A stretch of 64,000 nt of DNA from Planctomycetota bacterium (GCA_965223545.1 OZ245006.1:96001-160000), one strand, 5' to 3'. Shown: positions 9,152 through 20,253, counted from the first letter of the stretch. Translations and numbers: made by a program. The notes: generated from the letters alone by a model not told the origin.

Positions 9152-10171
9152 CTACTGCTCCACGCGGCGCAGCTTGGTCACCCGTCCGGCGCGCACCCAA
9201 TCCATCACGTACAGATTGCCCGCCGCATCCCAGCACGCGGAGTGCGGCGAGATGAACTCTCCCGCACGCCATTTGTTCTCGGGCACGTTGTTCTTGGCCC
9301 ACAGCTCGGGATCAGTGTTCTCGCCGAGGTGGGCGATGAGCTCGTTCTCGCTGTCGAGCAGCGTGACGCGGCCGGCGAGATCGGCGACCACCAAGGCATC
9401 ACCGTGCTGGAAGGCGTGGCACGGCCGACGCAACATGCCCTGCACCACTCCGAGCAGCTCTCCCTCCAGGTTGAAGCGCTGCAGCCGATGGTTCTCGCGG
9501 TCGCAGACGATCAGCTCGGGCGTGTCGCCGCGCGTGTCCAACCACAGCCCGTGCGGCGTGCGCATCTTGCCGGGCTCGGTCCCCGGTCCGCCGAACGAGC
9601 GCACGTAGCTTCGCTCGGCGTCGAACTGGTGCACCCAGCTGCGGCCGTAGCCGTCGGCGACGAAGATCTCGCCGCCCGGACCGACCGCCACCGCGGTGGG
9701 GCGGTACTGGTTCGCGCTCTCGTAGATGCCCGCGGTTTCGGGATACGGCAGGGTCCAGAGCACCTCGCCCTCGAGCGTGATCTTGCACACCTCGTGCCGC
9801 CCGGTATGCGCCAAGTACAGGTACTCGACGCCGTCCTCCTCGACGAGCGTCATGCCGTGCAGCCCACCTTTGAAGTCCTCGGCGAAGGCGCGCAAGAAGC
9901 GGCCGTCGGGCGCGAAGACGACGATCGCGCGCTCGGTGTCGGTGTTGACGTAGAGGTTGCCCTCGCGATCGACGACCATGCAGCCGTGGGTGTTGCCCAG
10001 GCCGCCATCCGGCGGCAGCTGCGCCCAACCGGTGACCCACTCGTAGACGTGATCGCCGGTGCCGAGCCGAATCGGATCGGCGGTGGCCTCATCGGCGGGG
10101 TCCTGAGTGGTCGGATCCTGAGCGGTCAACGGGGCGAGCAAGACCAGTAGCGTCAACGGGAGAGGCTTCAT
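9152..10171 (-). CDS. Exported NHL-repeat beta-propeller protein
   Basis: Signal peptide; repeats PTAVAV..GEIFVADGYG, TPHGLWLD, CDRENHRLQRF and SPHSACWDAAGNLYV. Confidence 0.85.
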   Translation of the reverse strand: MKPLPLTLLVLLAPLTAQDPTTQDPADEATADPIRLGTGDHVYEWVTGWAQLPPDGGLGNTHGCMVVDREGNLYVNTDTERAIVVFAPDGRFLRAFAEDFKGGLHGMTLVEEDGVEYLYLAHTGRHEVCKITLEGEVLWTLPYPETAGIYESANQYRPTAVAVGPGGEIFVADGYGRSWVHQFDAERSYVRSFGGPGTEPGKMRTPHGLWLDTRGDTPELIVCDRENHRLQRFNLEGELLGVVQGMLRRPCHAFQHGDALVVADLAGRVTLLDSENELIAHLGENTDPELWAKNNVPENKWRAGEFISPHSACWDAAGNLYVMDWVRAGRVTKLRRVEQ

Positions 10172-10205
10172 GCGTGCATCCAGGGCTTGGGTCGTACGAC
10201 GAGAG

Positions 10206-11186
10206 TCAATGGGTATGGCCGTGGTCCGGCGCGCGAATGTGGGCCAACAACGCCGCGGCGGCGTCGGCCCTCGCCGACGCCGGCCAACGCGCCAGCAGCT
10301 CGGCCAGGCCGTCGATGGCGGCGGCGTCGCGGTCGAGCTCGTGCTGGGCGCGGGCGAGCTCGAGCAGCAGCTGCGGGCGCTCGGCGCAGTCGGGGTAGCG
10401 GTGCAGGGTGTCGGACAGCAGATCGTGCGCCGGCTGCGGTTGCCGGCGGCCGGCGAGCGCGATGGCGGCGCCGAGCGCGGCGACCACCGGCCGGCCCAAG
10501 ACCCCGCCCGGATCCAGCCGGCGCGCCTGTGCCAACCGGTCGGAGGCGACCCGGTGGTCGCCGCGTTCAGCCGCCAGGTGGGCGAGCTGCTGGCACGCCG
10601 GCACCGCGATGGCGGCCACCTCGAGGGACGCCAGTGGTATCAGGATTTCCTCCGCCTGCGCAGTGCAGCCGAGAGCGGCGAGTCGAAGGCCCAGCGACAG
10701 GCGCGCGTCCGGCGCCGCGCGCCGGACGCGCAGCGCCTCCAGGGTGGGGGCTGCATCGAGGGCGCGGCGCAAGAACGCGGCGAGCACGGCGCCGCTGGCA
10801 AAGCCCCGGTGCACCGCGACCGGGCTGCCGTCGGCGGCCAGCACGCAGGTGGCGAGCACCCCGCCGCCGCCGACGAGCTGCGCGAACAGCGCGGCACAGC
10901 GGTCCGCGTCCAGCCGCACCGCGACGGTCTCGCCCACCGCCGCGCAGACCTCGGGGTGCAGCCAGCTGCTCTCCGCCATCGCGCGGCAGACCGGCCGATC
11001 GGCGCGCTCGAAGCGCACCAGCAGGGGGCGGCCAGTGCGGGCCGCGACGCGTTGGGCGGCCGGCCAATCGACGCCCCACACCGGCTCTTCCGGTGGCGCC
11101 GGGGTACAAGCGGCGACGGTGGCGAGCACCGCGCTCACCGACCCGACCCATCGCGAGGGGTTGGCCAACCGGTGGCTCCCGCTCAC
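10206..11186 (-). CDS. Putative lipoprotein with degenerate thioredoxin-like domain and TPR-like helices
   Basis: Lipobox-like VAAC; W..A...[10 protein letters not shown]....PVCRAM thioredoxin-like start; helical C-terminus ending HGHTH. Start overlaps the stop of the upstream MBL gene. Confidence 0.6.
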   Translation of the reverse strand: MSGSHRLANPSRWVGSVSAVLATVAACTPAPPEEPVWGVDWPAAQRVAARTGRPLLVRFERADRPVCRAMAESSWLHPEVCAAVGETVAVRLDADRCAALFAQLVGGGGVLATCVLAADGSPVAVHRGFASGAVLAAFLRRALDAAPTLEALRVRRAAPDARLSLGLRLAALGCTAQAEEILIPLASLEVAAIAVPACQQLAHLAAERGDHRVASDRLAQARRLDPGGVLGRPVVAALGAAIALAGRRQPQPAHDLLSDTLHRYPDCAERPQLLLELARAQHELDRDAAAIDGLAELLARWPASARADAAAALLAHIRAPDHGHTH

Positions 11187-12073
11187 CAGACTTCGGCGTC
11201 CAACGCCGCCATCGACCGCGCCGGCGTCAGCTGGTCGCGCGCATCGCGCTCCAGCCAGGACACCGCGCAGTCCGGATCGTGGGTGTAGAACAGAGCGCCA
11301 CCGCGGGCGTGCAGATCGCGCAGCAGTGCGGACTTCTCATCGATCAGCCGCTCGGGGTAGCGGTCGTAGCCCATGGTGATCGCGCGCCGCACCCAGGGCT
11401 GCGCCGGCACCAAGTCGCCGGCGAACACGAGCGGGCCGCGCCCGCCCGGCAGCTCGGCGAGGAGCATGCCCGGGGTGTGGCCGTTGCTGACGTGGAAACG
11501 GCCGCCGGGGCCGAGAAACCGGGTGGCGGCGGCGCGCAGCGCACTCTCGTCGCTCTCGTCGACCACCTCGAGCCGGCCGCTCGCCTCGAGCAACTCCTGC
11601 AACACCGGCACGAAGCTGGCGCGATCGCGCACGTGCGGGTCGCAGGCGCGCTGCCAGGCGCTGCGGCCGACGACGTAGCGCGCGTTGGGGAAATGCAGCG
11701 TCGGCTCGGCGTCGCTGCGCCACTGGCTCAGCAACCCGCCCGCGTGGTCGAAGTGCAGATGCGACAGCACCACCACGTCGATGCGCGCCTCGTCGAAGCC
11801 GGCGGCGGCGAGGCTGGCAAGCAGCACGTGCTCGGCCTCTTGCACGCCGTAGCGCTCGGCCAAAGTCGGCTCGAAGAACGCGCCGATCCCCGTCTCGAAC
11901 AACACGCACCGGTCGGGCTCGACCGACAGCAGCGCGCGGCACGCCAGCCGGATCCGGTTCTGGTCGTCGGCCGGCGCCCACCGCTGCCACAGCGCCTTGG
12001 GGGCGTTGCCGAACATGGCGCCGCCATCGAGGCGCTGGCTGTTGCCGAGAATCGACCAGAGACGCCGGGACAT
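11183..12073 (-). CDS. Metallo-beta-lactamase-fold hydrolase (YtnP-like)
   Basis: [32 protein letters not shown] and FYTHDP. Confidence 0.92.
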   Translation of the reverse strand: MSRRLWSILGNSQRLDGGAMFGNAPKALWQRWAPADDQNRIRLACRALLSVEPDRCVLFETGIGAFFEPTLAERYGVQEAEHVLLASLAAAGFDEARIDVVVLSHLHFDHAGGLLSQWRSDAEPTLHFPNARYVVGRSAWQRACDPHVRDRASFVPVLQELLEASGRLEVVDESDESALRAAATRFLGPGGRFHVSNGHTPGMLLAELPGGRGPLVFAGDLVPAQPWVRRAITMGYDRYPERLIDEKSALLRDLHARGGALFYTHDPDCAVSWLERDARDQLTPARSMAALDAEVW

Positions 12074-12117
12074 GCCGGGCCAGGATAGCGCGGAGAGCCG
12101 GCGAAGCCGCCCCTTCG

Positions 12118-12924
12118 TCAGGCGTGCAGGGTGCCGCGCAGCACGGTGTGCGCGCCGCCTTCCAAGCCGACGCGGTCCCCTGCCACCTCGACGTGCACCA
12201 CGCCACCGCGGGCCGACGCCTGGTAGCCGGTCAGGCGGTCGCGGCCGAGGCGCTCGCTCCAGAACGGCGCCAGCGTGCAGTGGGCCGAGCCGGTGACCGG
12301 ATCCTCGTCGACGCCGACTGCCGGGGCGAAGAAGCGGGAGACGAAGTCGGCCTGGGTCGGCGCGCTGGCGCGCGCGGTGACGATCACGCCGCGGGCGTCG
12401 AGGGCGCGCAGGGCGCTCAGGTCCGGACGCAGGGCGCGGACGGCGTCTTCGCCGTCGACCTCGCACAGCAGGTCGAAGCGCGCGCGGCCACACCACAGCG
12501 GGGTGGTCGCCAGGACCGATGCGAGCTCGGTGCGCAATGCCGCGTCGTCGAGCACGGTTGCGGGTGCGGCGGGGAAGTCGAGACCGACGCCGCGCGGCGA
12601 GGGCTTGGCACGCAACACGCCGCTGGCGGTGTGGAATTCGGCCTCGGACTGCGCCGGCAGCGCACCGGTCTCCCACAGGACGTGTGCCGTGGCGAGGGTG
12701 GCGTGTCCGCAGAGCTCGACTTCGGCCGTCGGGGTGAACCAGCGCAGATCGAAGCCGCCGCCGGGGCGCGGCACCGGGAACGCGGTCTCGGACAGGTTCA
12801 TCTCGGCGGCGACCTGCTGCATCCACTGGGGGTCGGCCGCGGCCTCGAGCAAGCAGACCGCGGCGGGATTGCCGGTGAACGGCGCGTCGGCGAACGCGTC
12901 GACGATGTGGATCGAGCATCCCAT
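12118..12924 (-). CDS. PhzF-family isomerase/epimerase
   Basis: VDAF....[33 protein letters not shown] and [10 protein letters not shown]. Confidence 0.95.
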   Translation of the reverse strand: MGCSIHIVDAFADAPFTGNPAAVCLLEAAADPQWMQQVAAEMNLSETAFPVPRPGGGFDLRWFTPTAEVELCGHATLATAHVLWETGALPAQSEAEFHTASGVLRAKPSPRGVGLDFPAAPATVLDDAALRTELASVLATTPLWCGRARFDLLCEVDGEDAVRALRPDLSALRALDARGVIVTARASAPTQADFVSRFFAPAVGVDEDPVTGSAHCTLAPFWSERLGRDRLTGYQASARGGVVHVEVAGDRVGLEGGAHTVLRGTLHA

Positions 12925-13047
12925 ACCGCGAGTGTACGCGCGGTGCGGGAGCGGCACGGGAATCTCCGGGCCCGACGCGCGCTCGAGGCCCGGTTTGCGG
13001 CCGCTGGGGCTCGATCCCGGTGAGGGCTGCCGGTTAACGTCTCGGTC

Positions 13048-13845
13048 ATGAACTGGCGCTCCTCGGTCCTTCTCATCAGCCCGGTGCTTCTGCTTGCCGC
13101 GTGCAACGAAGCCACCGAACCCACCGCGGGCGGCGGCGCGACGCCCGGTACGACGTCGCGCCCCAGCGCGGCGCCGGCCGCGTTGACCGCCGAGGACGTG
13201 CACGCGGTGTGGCCGGCGGACGGGTCCACCGTGCTGTCGACCTTCGATCTCGTCGTCGGCCTGCCGGAGATGCCGGTCGACGGCCGCCTCGCGGTGCTGA
13301 TCGACGGCAACGCGGTGCCGGCCGGCACTGCGGTCACCGCGGGGGAGAATGTGCTGTTGCTGCCCGAGGGCGCAAACAGCGGTGAGATCGTGCTGCCCGC
13401 CGGCGACCAGCAGCTGTGCATCCAGGCGCTCGATTCAGCCGGCGCATCGCGCGGGCCGGAGTGGTCGACCAGCGTGTCCTACACTGTGGTCGAAGATCCC
13501 GAAGGCGGCCGCCGCGTGCGCTTCGCCTCGCCGGCGGATGGCGCGACCGTCGGCCGCACCTTCAAGGTGGTGTTCGAGGTGGAGGGCATGGGGCTGTGGC
13601 CAGCCACCGAGAAGATCCTCGACCACACGGTCGGCCACCACCACGTGCTGATCGGGCGGGGGCCGATGCCGCCGTCGATGGTCATTCCCAACGACCCGAC
13701 CCACGTGCACTACGGTCAGGCGCAGACCGAGGGCGAGCTGACGCTCGAGCCGGGCACCTACCAGCTGACGATGCAGTTCGCCGACGGCGCGCACCGCAGC
13801 TACGGCCCGCGCATGGCGGCCAGCATCGAGGTCACGGTCGAGTAG
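13048..13845 (+). CDS. Lipoprotein with DUF4399-like domain(s)
   Basis: Lipobox LLAAC; C-terminal F.SP.DGATV...GHHHVLI...HYG.AQTE..L.L.PG.Y.LTMQFADGAH; a more degenerate copy may lie N-terminally. Confidence 0.75.
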   Translation: MNWRSSVLLISPVLLLAACNEATEPTAGGGATPGTTSRPSAAPAALTAEDVHAVWPADGSTVLSTFDLVVGLPEMPVDGRLAVLIDGNAVPAGTAVTAGENVLLLPEGANSGEIVLPAGDQQLCIQALDSAGASRGPEWSTSVSYTVVEDPEGGRRVRFASPADGATVGRTFKVVFEVEGMGLWPATEKILDHTVGHHHVLIGRGPMPPSMVIPNDPTHVHYGQAQTEGELTLEPGTYQLTMQFADGAHRSYGPRMAASIEVTVE

Positions 13846-13932
13846 GGCAGCCCGGGCCGCGCCGAGGCCCCGCCCTGACTCGTCGGCCCCAAGTACTTGG
13901 CGTCGCAAAGTTCTCCTGGTAACCTACCGGGC

Positions 13933-14673
13933 GTGACGGTCCTCGAAGCCAGCGACGTCTATCGCTTCCACGAAGTCGACGGACGCCGGATCCCGATCCT
14001 ACGCGGTGTCAGCCTCGCGCTCACCGCCGGCGAGCTGACGACGGTGATGGGGCCGTCGGGCTCGGGCAAGTCGACGCTGCTGCACATCCTCGCCGGGCTG
14101 GACCTGCCGTCCGCCGGCCGGGTCAGCGTCGCCGGCGTGCCGATCACCGACGTCGACGAGGAGCGCCGCACGCGAGTGCGGCGGGAACAGATCGGCCTGA
14201 TCTTCCAGTTCTTCCACCTGCTGCCCGACCTGACCGTCGAGGAGAACGTCGCCCTGCCGCTGTTGATCGCCGGGCGGGATCCGGCGCGCGAGCGCGACCG
14301 GCTGCACGGACTGCTGGCCGCGCTGGAGCTGGACGACCTGCGCACGCGCCTGCCGCAGCGGCTGTCCGGCGGCGAGATGCAGCGCGTCTCGATCGCCCGT
14401 GCCCTGGTATGCGAACCGCCGGTGCTGCTCGCCGACGAGCCCACCGGCAATCTGTCGTCCAAGGTCGGCGAGGGCGTCGTCGAGCAGCTGCAGGCGATCG
14501 CGCGCCAGCAGGACACCGCCGTGCTCCTGGTGACGCACAACCCCCGCGACGCGGCGATGGGAGATCGCGTGCTGTTTCTGCACGACGGCGAAATGGACCC
14601 GACCGCAGCTCTGACCGGTGGAGGCTTCGATGCGACTGACGTCTTTCGTCGTCTGCAAGAGCTGGGCATCTAG
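13933..14673 (+). CDS. ABC transporter ATP-binding subunit (LolD/MacB type)
   Basis: GPSGSGKS, FQFFHL, LSGGEMQRV, LLADEPTGNL and VTHN. Confidence 0.95.
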   Translation: MTVLEASDVYRFHEVDGRRIPILRGVSLALTAGELTTVMGPSGSGKSTLLHILAGLDLPSAGRVSVAGVPITDVDEERRTRVRREQIGLIFQFFHLLPDLTVEENVALPLLIAGRDPARERDRLHGLLAALELDDLRTRLPQRLSGGEMQRVSIARALVCEPPVLLADEPTGNLSSKVGEGVVEQLQAIARQQDTAVLLVTHNPRDAAMGDRVLFLHDGEMDPTAALTGGGFDATDVFRRLQELGI

Positions 14674-17245
14674 CCCGCTGCGCTTCGTCCTGGCCGTCGC
14701 CGGCATCGCGCTCGGCGTCGCGATTCCCGTGGCGATCCACGTCGTCGACCACAACACGATCGAGAGTCAGCTGCGCCTGCTGCGGCCGAACTTCGGCCGC
14801 GTCGACTTCGAGCTCAGCGCCGCCAACCGCGAGGTCGAGCCCGAGCTGGTCCTCGGCCGCCTGGCCGCCGATCCCGCGCTGGACGCGGTCGGGGTCATGC
14901 ACCAAGCCACAGCGCGCCTGTCGGTGCGCGGCACGGACGTCGCCCAGGTGCCGGTCTACGGCCTGCACCCCCTGCCGGCGGCGACCTTCGCGCACTATGC
15001 CGTGCACCAGGGGCGCGACCTGGATTCCGGCGACGGCGAGGACCTCACGCGGCGGGTCGACGTGCTGATCGGCCCCGGCCTGGCAGAGCAGCTGCAACTG
15101 GCGGTGGGGGACGCGGTGACGCTGTCGCCGCCCGCGATCGTGCCGGCCACGCGCTGCGTCGACGGGGTCTTGCAGCCGGTCGACGACGGGCGCGTCGCGG
15201 CAGCGGCGGCGGGGGTGCGCATCGAGGCCGAGGTCGCCGGCATTCTCGCCAGCCAGCGGCTGGGGCGGCGCGACGACGGCCGCGCGATCGTCGCCAGCTG
15301 GCCGGTCGCCCGTGCCCTGGCGCCGATGACGGCGCCGCTGTTCCAGGTCAACCGCGCCGCCGGCGTCGACGCCGACGTGTTGCGGCGCGAGCTGTCGACC
15401 GAGTTCGAGGTGCTCGACGAGCGATCGGCGCTGCTCGGCGAGAGCGCGGACGAGCGCGCGTTCCGCAACGGCGTCAAGGTGCTCGGCTGCCTCGCCCTGG
15501 TGCTGGGCATGTTCGTCATCTTCCAGACCCTGTCCCAGTCGCTGGTCGAACGCTTGAGCCAGATCGGCCTGCTGCGCTGCCTCGGCGCCTCGCGCGGCGC
15601 GGTCGCGTCGGTCTTCACCGTCGATGCCGTCGCCACCGCGCTGCTCGGCTCCGTGCTGGGCATCGGCCTGGGCCTGCTGCTGGCGTGGGGCCTGGCGCAG
15701 CTCCGGTTCAGCACCTTGGGCGGCGCCAAGCAGATCGTGACCTCCGAGGTGCCGTGGAGTCCCGTGCTGTGGACGGCGGCGCTCGGCGTCTCGTTCACCC
15801 TGCTCGGTGCGGCGTTCCCGCTGGTCAAGGCACGCAACGTGCCCGCGCTGCAGATCCTCCACACGCGCGGCATGCGGGCGGACGACACCGGCGGCGAGAT
15901 CTACGCGCTGCGCGGCGTCAACGTGTTCCTGTTCCTGCTGCTGGCGGTGGTGCTGCCGCTGGCCTACTTGGCGATGACACCCATCCTGGCCGAGGGCGGT
16001 GGCGAGACGCTGGCGGTCCTCTCACAGCTCGGCGGCATGATCTTGGTGTTCGGCGGCGTGCTGCTGCTGTCGCCGCGCCTGGTGCGCGGCCTGGGGCACG
16101 CGGTCTTGAGCGTCGTGCGCGGCCGCGCGCCGCTGCCCGCGTTTCTGGTCGGGCAGGCGCTGCGCCGCAGCCCCGGCCGCTTCTCGGCCGCGGTTTGCGG
16201 GCTCTCGGTGGTGCTGATGGCGTTCGTCGCCCTGCACGGCATCACCGCCGCGCTGCGCGGGGACGCGCATCGGTTCGACGCCGAGGTGATGCGCGGCGCT
16301 CTGTACGTGCAGCTGCACCCGACCACGCGCACCACCGTCGCCGAGACGCTCGGCCGGCTGTCGCAGCTCGAGCACTTCGAGATCTTGGAGGGCGAGGCGC
16401 GGCCGCGCTTTCCACTGCGCGGCCTGACCGCGGAGGCGCTGGTGCGGCCGGGCGGTGTGCTGGCGGACGCGCCCGAGCTGGCCGAGGTCTACGCGCGGCA
16501 GCGCAGCCTGATCGCCAGCCGGCGGTTGGCCCACGTGCGCGGCTGGCAGGAGAACGACGTCGTGTCGCTGCTCACCGATTCCGGTCCGCGCACCTACACC
16601 GTGCTGGCGGTCTCCGATGCTGCCGGGTTCTTTCCGGACGACCGCGCCTGGGCCGTCGCCGCACCCGCCTACGTGCGGGCAGACTTCTGTGCGGGGATCC
16701 ACGGCGTCGAGCAGGTGGCGGTGTGGCCACGGGCGGACACCGACCGGGCAGCGCTGATGGCAGCGCTGCAGGAAGCGCTGCCGGTGGCGAAGCTCGAGTT
16801 CGGCGACGCGCTGACTGCCTACACCGTGCGCGACGTCGACCGCGACTTCCGCTTGTTCCACATCCTGCTGTGGCTGATCGTCGGTCTCGCCGCAGTCGGC
16901 CTGATCAACACGATGACGATCGCGGCGATCGGCCGCCGGCGCGAGCTGGGCGTGCTGCGCGCCCTGGGCGTCGACCGCCGCGGCCTGCGGGCGACGTTCC
17001 TGTTGGAAGGCACCGTCGTCGGCGTCCTGGCCGCTGGCTTGGCGCTGGTGCTGGCCGTACCGATGACCTGGGTCGTCGTGCAAGGCCTGCGGAGCGTCTC
17101 CGGTCTCGACGTGCCGTTCGCGGTGCCGTGGGGCTGGGTCGTGGCGGTACCGCTGATCGGTCTGGCCGTCGGCTGGCTCTCCGGTTTGATCCCCGGCACC
17201 CGCATGGCCCGCGAGGACATCGTCGCGGCGGTGCGCTACGAGTGA
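14630..17245 (+). CDS. ABC transporter permease, FtsX/MacB-like with two repeats
   Basis: Two FtsX-type signatures (ERLSQIGLLRCLGA; RRRELGVLRALG) and many TM segments; overlaps the ATPase gene. Confidence 0.9.
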   Translation: MRLTSFVVCKSWASSPLRFVLAVAGIALGVAIPVAIHVVDHNTIESQLRLLRPNFGRVDFELSAANREVEPELVLGRLAADPALDAVGVMHQATARLSVRGTDVAQVPVYGLHPLPAATFAHYAVHQGRDLDSGDGEDLTRRVDVLIGPGLAEQLQLAVGDAVTLSPPAIVPATRCVDGVLQPVDDGRVAAAAAGVRIEAEVAGILASQRLGRRDDGRAIVASWPVARALAPMTAPLFQVNRAAGVDADVLRRELSTEFEVLDERSALLGESADERAFRNGVKVLGCLALVLGMFVIFQTLSQSLVERLSQIGLLRCLGASRGAVASVFTVDAVATALLGSVLGIGLGLLLAWGLAQLRFSTLGGAKQIVTSEVPWSPVLWTAALGVSFTLLGAAFPLVKARNVPALQILHTRGMRADDTGGEIYALRGVNVFLFLLLAVVLPLAYLAMTPILAEGGGETLAVLSQLGGMILVFGGVLLLSPRLVRGLGHAVLSVVRGRAPLPAFLVGQALRRSPGRFSAAVCGLSVVLMAFVALHGITAALRGDAHRFDAEVMRGALYVQLHPTTRTTVAETLGRLSQLEHFEILEGEARPRFPLRGLTAEALVRPGGVLADAPELAEVYARQRSLIASRRLAHVRGWQENDVVSLLTDSGPRTYTVLAVSDAAGFFPDDRAWAVAAPAYVRADFCAGIHGVEQVAVWPRADTDRAALMAALQEALPVAKLEFGDALTAYTVRDVDRDFRLFHILLWLIVGLAAVGLINTMTIAAIGRRRELGVLRALGVDRRGLRATFLLEGTVVGVLAAGLALVLAVPMTWVVVQGLRSVSGLDVPFAVPWGWVVAVPLIGLAVGWLSGLIPGTRMAREDIVAAVRYE

Positions 17246-17357
17246 GGCCTCCCGCCGCCATCCTCGAAGACCACGCCTGACGCGGCCGACGGCAGAGCCA
17301 CGGGATTTCGCCTGTTTCCCCTTTTCCCAGGACCATCGCTGCCTACAACGCTGCGGC

Positions 17358-19154
17358 ATGGCCACCTGGCAACGCACCCACACCTGCGGTGAGCTGCGCG
17401 AGACGCACGCGGGCCAGCAGGTGACGCTCAACGGTTGGATCGACAACCACCGCCATCACGGTGGCGTGCTGTTCGTCGATCTGCGCGACCGGTATGGCAC
17501 GACGCAGGTCGTCATCGACGAGAACCGCGACGCCGAGGCGGGGCTGCTCGAGGCGGTCGCCCGCCTGGGCGCCGAGGACGTGCTGTCGGTGACCGGCACG
17601 GTGGCCAACCGCGACGCGGACAAGGTCAACGACAAGCGCGACACGGGCGCGGTCGAGGTGATGGCGCGCAGCGCGGTGGTGCTGGCGGAGGCCGACACGC
17701 CGCCGTTCGAGATCCTCGACAAGGTCGAGGCCAACGAGGAGCTGCGCATGCGCTACCGCTACCTCGACCTGCGGCGCCGACCGATGCAGAAGGCGCTGGT
17801 GGCGCGCTCCAAGTTCGTCACCGCCATGCGCAACTACCTGGCGGCCCACCGATTCGTCGACGTCGAGACCCCGATCCTGACCAAGAGCACGCCGGAGGGT
17901 GCGCGCGACTACCTCGTGCCGAGCCGCGTCAACCCGGGCCGCTTCTACGCGCTGCCGCAGAGCCCGCAGATCTTCAAGCAGCTGCTGATGGTGGGGGGGC
18001 TCGACCGCTACTACCAGATCGCCCGCTGTTTCCGCGACGAGGATCTGCGCGCGGACCGGCAGCCCGAGTTCACCCAGATCGACTTGGAGATGTCCTTCGT
18101 CGAGGAGGACGACGTCCTCAACTTGGTCGAGGGCCTCATGGTCGAGGGCTTCGCCGCGCTCGGTATCGACGTGGCGCGACCGTTCCAGCGTCTGGACTAC
18201 GACGACGCGATGCTTCGCTACGGCAGCGACAAGCCGGATCTGCGTTTCGGCCTCGAGCTCGTCGACGTCTCGGACGCGGTGCGCGACAGCAGCTTCAAGG
18301 TGTTTGCCGGCGCCGTCGCCGACGGCGGGGCGGTGCGCGCGATCTGCGTGCCGCAGGCGGCCGAGCGCTTCTCCCGCAAGGACATCGAGGGCAAGCTCGG
18401 CGCGGTGGTCGCCGAGTACGGCGCCCGCGGCTTGGCTTGGGCCAAGGTCGGCGCCGACGGCATCGCCGCCGGCAGCATCTCCAAGTTCTTCGCAGGTGAA
18501 GCTGGAAAACCGCTGCTGGAAGCCGCGGGCGCGGCCGAGGGTGACCTGCTGCTGTTCGTCGCCGATCGGGTTTCGGTGGTGCAGCGGGCGCTGGGCGCCC
18601 TGCGCACGGCACTCGGTGATCTCTTGGGCTTGGCGACTCCCGGCGAGTACCAGTTCGCCTGGGTCACCGGCTTCCCGCTGTTCGACTACAACGAGGACAA
18701 GGGCCGCTGGGATAGCTCGCACCACCCGTTCACCGCACCGGTGGACTGGGAACTCGCGGACTACGCCACCGACACCGCGGCGATCCGCTCGCGCGCCTAC
18801 GACCTGGTGCTGAACGGCTGGGAGTTGGGCTCCGGCAGCATCCGAATCCACCGCCCCGAGGTGCAGACCCGGGTGTTCGAGTTCCTCGGCATCGGCGAGG
18901 AAGAGCAGCGGCAGAAGTTCGGCTTCTTGTTGGATGCGATCCGCTTCGGCGCGCCGCCGCACGGCGGTATCGCGCTCGGTCTCGACCGCATCATGACCTT
19001 GGCGCTCGGCTACGACAGCATTCGCGATGTCATCGCGTTTCCCAAGACGACCAGCGCCACCGATCTGATGTGCGACGCACCCTCACCCGTCGCTGCCGAG
19101 CAGCTCGCCGATCTGCACATCATCGCCCAACGGGCACCACAGGAGAAGCAATGA
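17358..19154 (+). CDS. aspS: Aspartate-tRNA ligase
   Basis: RTHTCGEL, FVDLRDRYG, TPEGARDYLVPSR, LPQSPQ, FRDEDLRADRQPEFTQ and GAPPHGGIALGLDR. Confidence 0.99.
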   Translation: MATWQRTHTCGELRETHAGQQVTLNGWIDNHRHHGGVLFVDLRDRYGTTQVVIDENRDAEAGLLEAVARLGAEDVLSVTGTVANRDADKVNDKRDTGAVEVMARSAVVLAEADTPPFEILDKVEANEELRMRYRYLDLRRRPMQKALVARSKFVTAMRNYLAAHRFVDVETPILTKSTPEGARDYLVPSRVNPGRFYALPQSPQIFKQLLMVGGLDRYYQIARCFRDEDLRADRQPEFTQIDLEMSFVEEDDVLNLVEGLMVEGFAALGIDVARPFQRLDYDDAMLRYGSDKPDLRFGLELVDVSDAVRDSSFKVFAGAVADGGAVRAICVPQAAERFSRKDIEGKLGAVVAEYGARGLAWAKVGADGIAAGSISKFFAGEAGKPLLEAAGAAEGDLLLFVADRVSVVQRALGALRTALGDLLGLATPGEYQFAWVTGFPLFDYNEDKGRWDSSHHPFTAPVDWELADYATDTAAIRSRAYDLVLNGWELGSGSIRIHRPEVQTRVFEFLGIGEEEQRQKFGFLLDAIRFGAPPHGGIALGLDRIMTLALGYDSIRDVIAFPKTTSATDLMCDAPSPVAAEQLADLHIIAQRAPQEKQ

Positions 19155-19795
19155 AGGTCCGCGTCGACAGCGTCGCGCTGCTGCTTGCGTTGGCTTCGTG
19201 CCACAGCTTCGAGCTCCCCGAGGGGAGTGGGGACGGCTTGGTCTCCTTCGACCGCGAGCCGCCGGCGGGCGCCGAGTTGTTCGAGCGACCGGAATGGAAG
19301 GTTGGCGACCGCTTCGTCTTCCGTCGCGGGTCGGCGCTCACGCTGGCATCGACGGTGACCGCGGCCGGCGAGGACGGCTACACGCTGGTCAACGACAAGA
19401 GCGGGCGTCGCACGTTCTACACCGCCGACTTCGGCGCACTGGGTGAGGAGCACCCGGACGACCCACGACTGCGCACCGCACTCGCCCCGGCCGACCACCT
19501 CTTGCACTGGCCGCTGTGGGTCGGCAAGCAGTGGAGCTGCCACTTTCTGCGCAAGACCCCGGGGCAGCCACCGCTGCCGTTGACCGTCCTCTATCGCGTC
19601 GAGGACATCGACACGATCACCGTGCCGGCGGGAGAGCTGCGTTGCCCGCGGATCCTGCGCCGGGTCCGCGTCGCGGCGGAGGGCAACTACCTCGAGCAGA
19701 CCGCTCTGCTGTGGTACAGCCCGGAGATCGGCGTGCTGGCCCGCCAGCTCGAGAACGGCACTCTGCTGGAGCTCGAAGAGTTCCAACGGCAGTAG
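19151..19795 (+). CDS. Hypothetical lipoprotein
   Basis: RBS AGGAG and ATGA overlap with aspS; lipobox LASC; P.WKVGD, WPL.VGK.W, ITVPAG and WYSPEIG motifs typical of small all-beta lipoproteins. Confidence 0.75.
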   Translation: MKVRVDSVALLLALASCHSFELPEGSGDGLVSFDREPPAGAELFERPEWKVGDRFVFRRGSALTLASTVTAAGEDGYTLVNDKSGRRTFYTADFGALGEEHPDDPRLRTALAPADHLLHWPLWVGKQWSCHFLRKTPGQPPLPLTVLYRVEDIDTITVPAGELRCPRILRRVRVAAEGNYLEQTALLWYSPEIGVLARQLENGTLLELEEFQRQ

Positions 19796-19914
19796 GCCAG
19801 TTCGGTCGACGGGTTCGGTCGACCCCGAGAACCGGCGCGCACTCGCCCGGTACACGACCGCGGGCGGCAGCTGCCGCCCACGGTTCGAATTGACAGCGGG
19901 AGTCTTCGAGACGT

Positions 19915-20253
19915 CTACTTGATCTCGAGGAACGTGCCGGTGTCCAGGAGCAGGCTGTGCATCTGGCCATCGGTCGCCGCCGGATCGAAGTGCTTGAAGC
20001 CGGTGCCCTTGCCGTCCCACGCGTCCTTGAACCAGAACGCGTAGGCATCCGTGACGAAGAAGTCGCCGACCATCGCCGCCCAGCGGGCGAACGGGATCAC
20101 CGGGATGAAGTGCAGGGCACCGTTGAGCCAGGGGCTCTTGATGTAGATGTCCTGATCCCAGTCATCCACGGTCCGGTGGAGCTGGTGTGGGCCGGAAGCG
20201 CAACCCGCCAACAGGCAGGTCGCGGTGATCAACGACAAAGCGAGCTTGCGCAA
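19915..20253 (-). CDS. Small membrane lipoprotein (DUF3332-like)
   Basis: GGAGG RBS before TTG; lipobox LAGC; G...L......W....W.N......IPV......D......FW pattern. Confidence 0.65.
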   Translation of the reverse strand: MRKLALSLITATCLLAGCASGPHQLHRTVDDWDQDIYIKSPWLNGALHFIPVIPFARWAAMVGDFFVTDAYAFWFKDAWDGKGTGFKHFDPAATDGQMHSLLLDTGTFLEIK

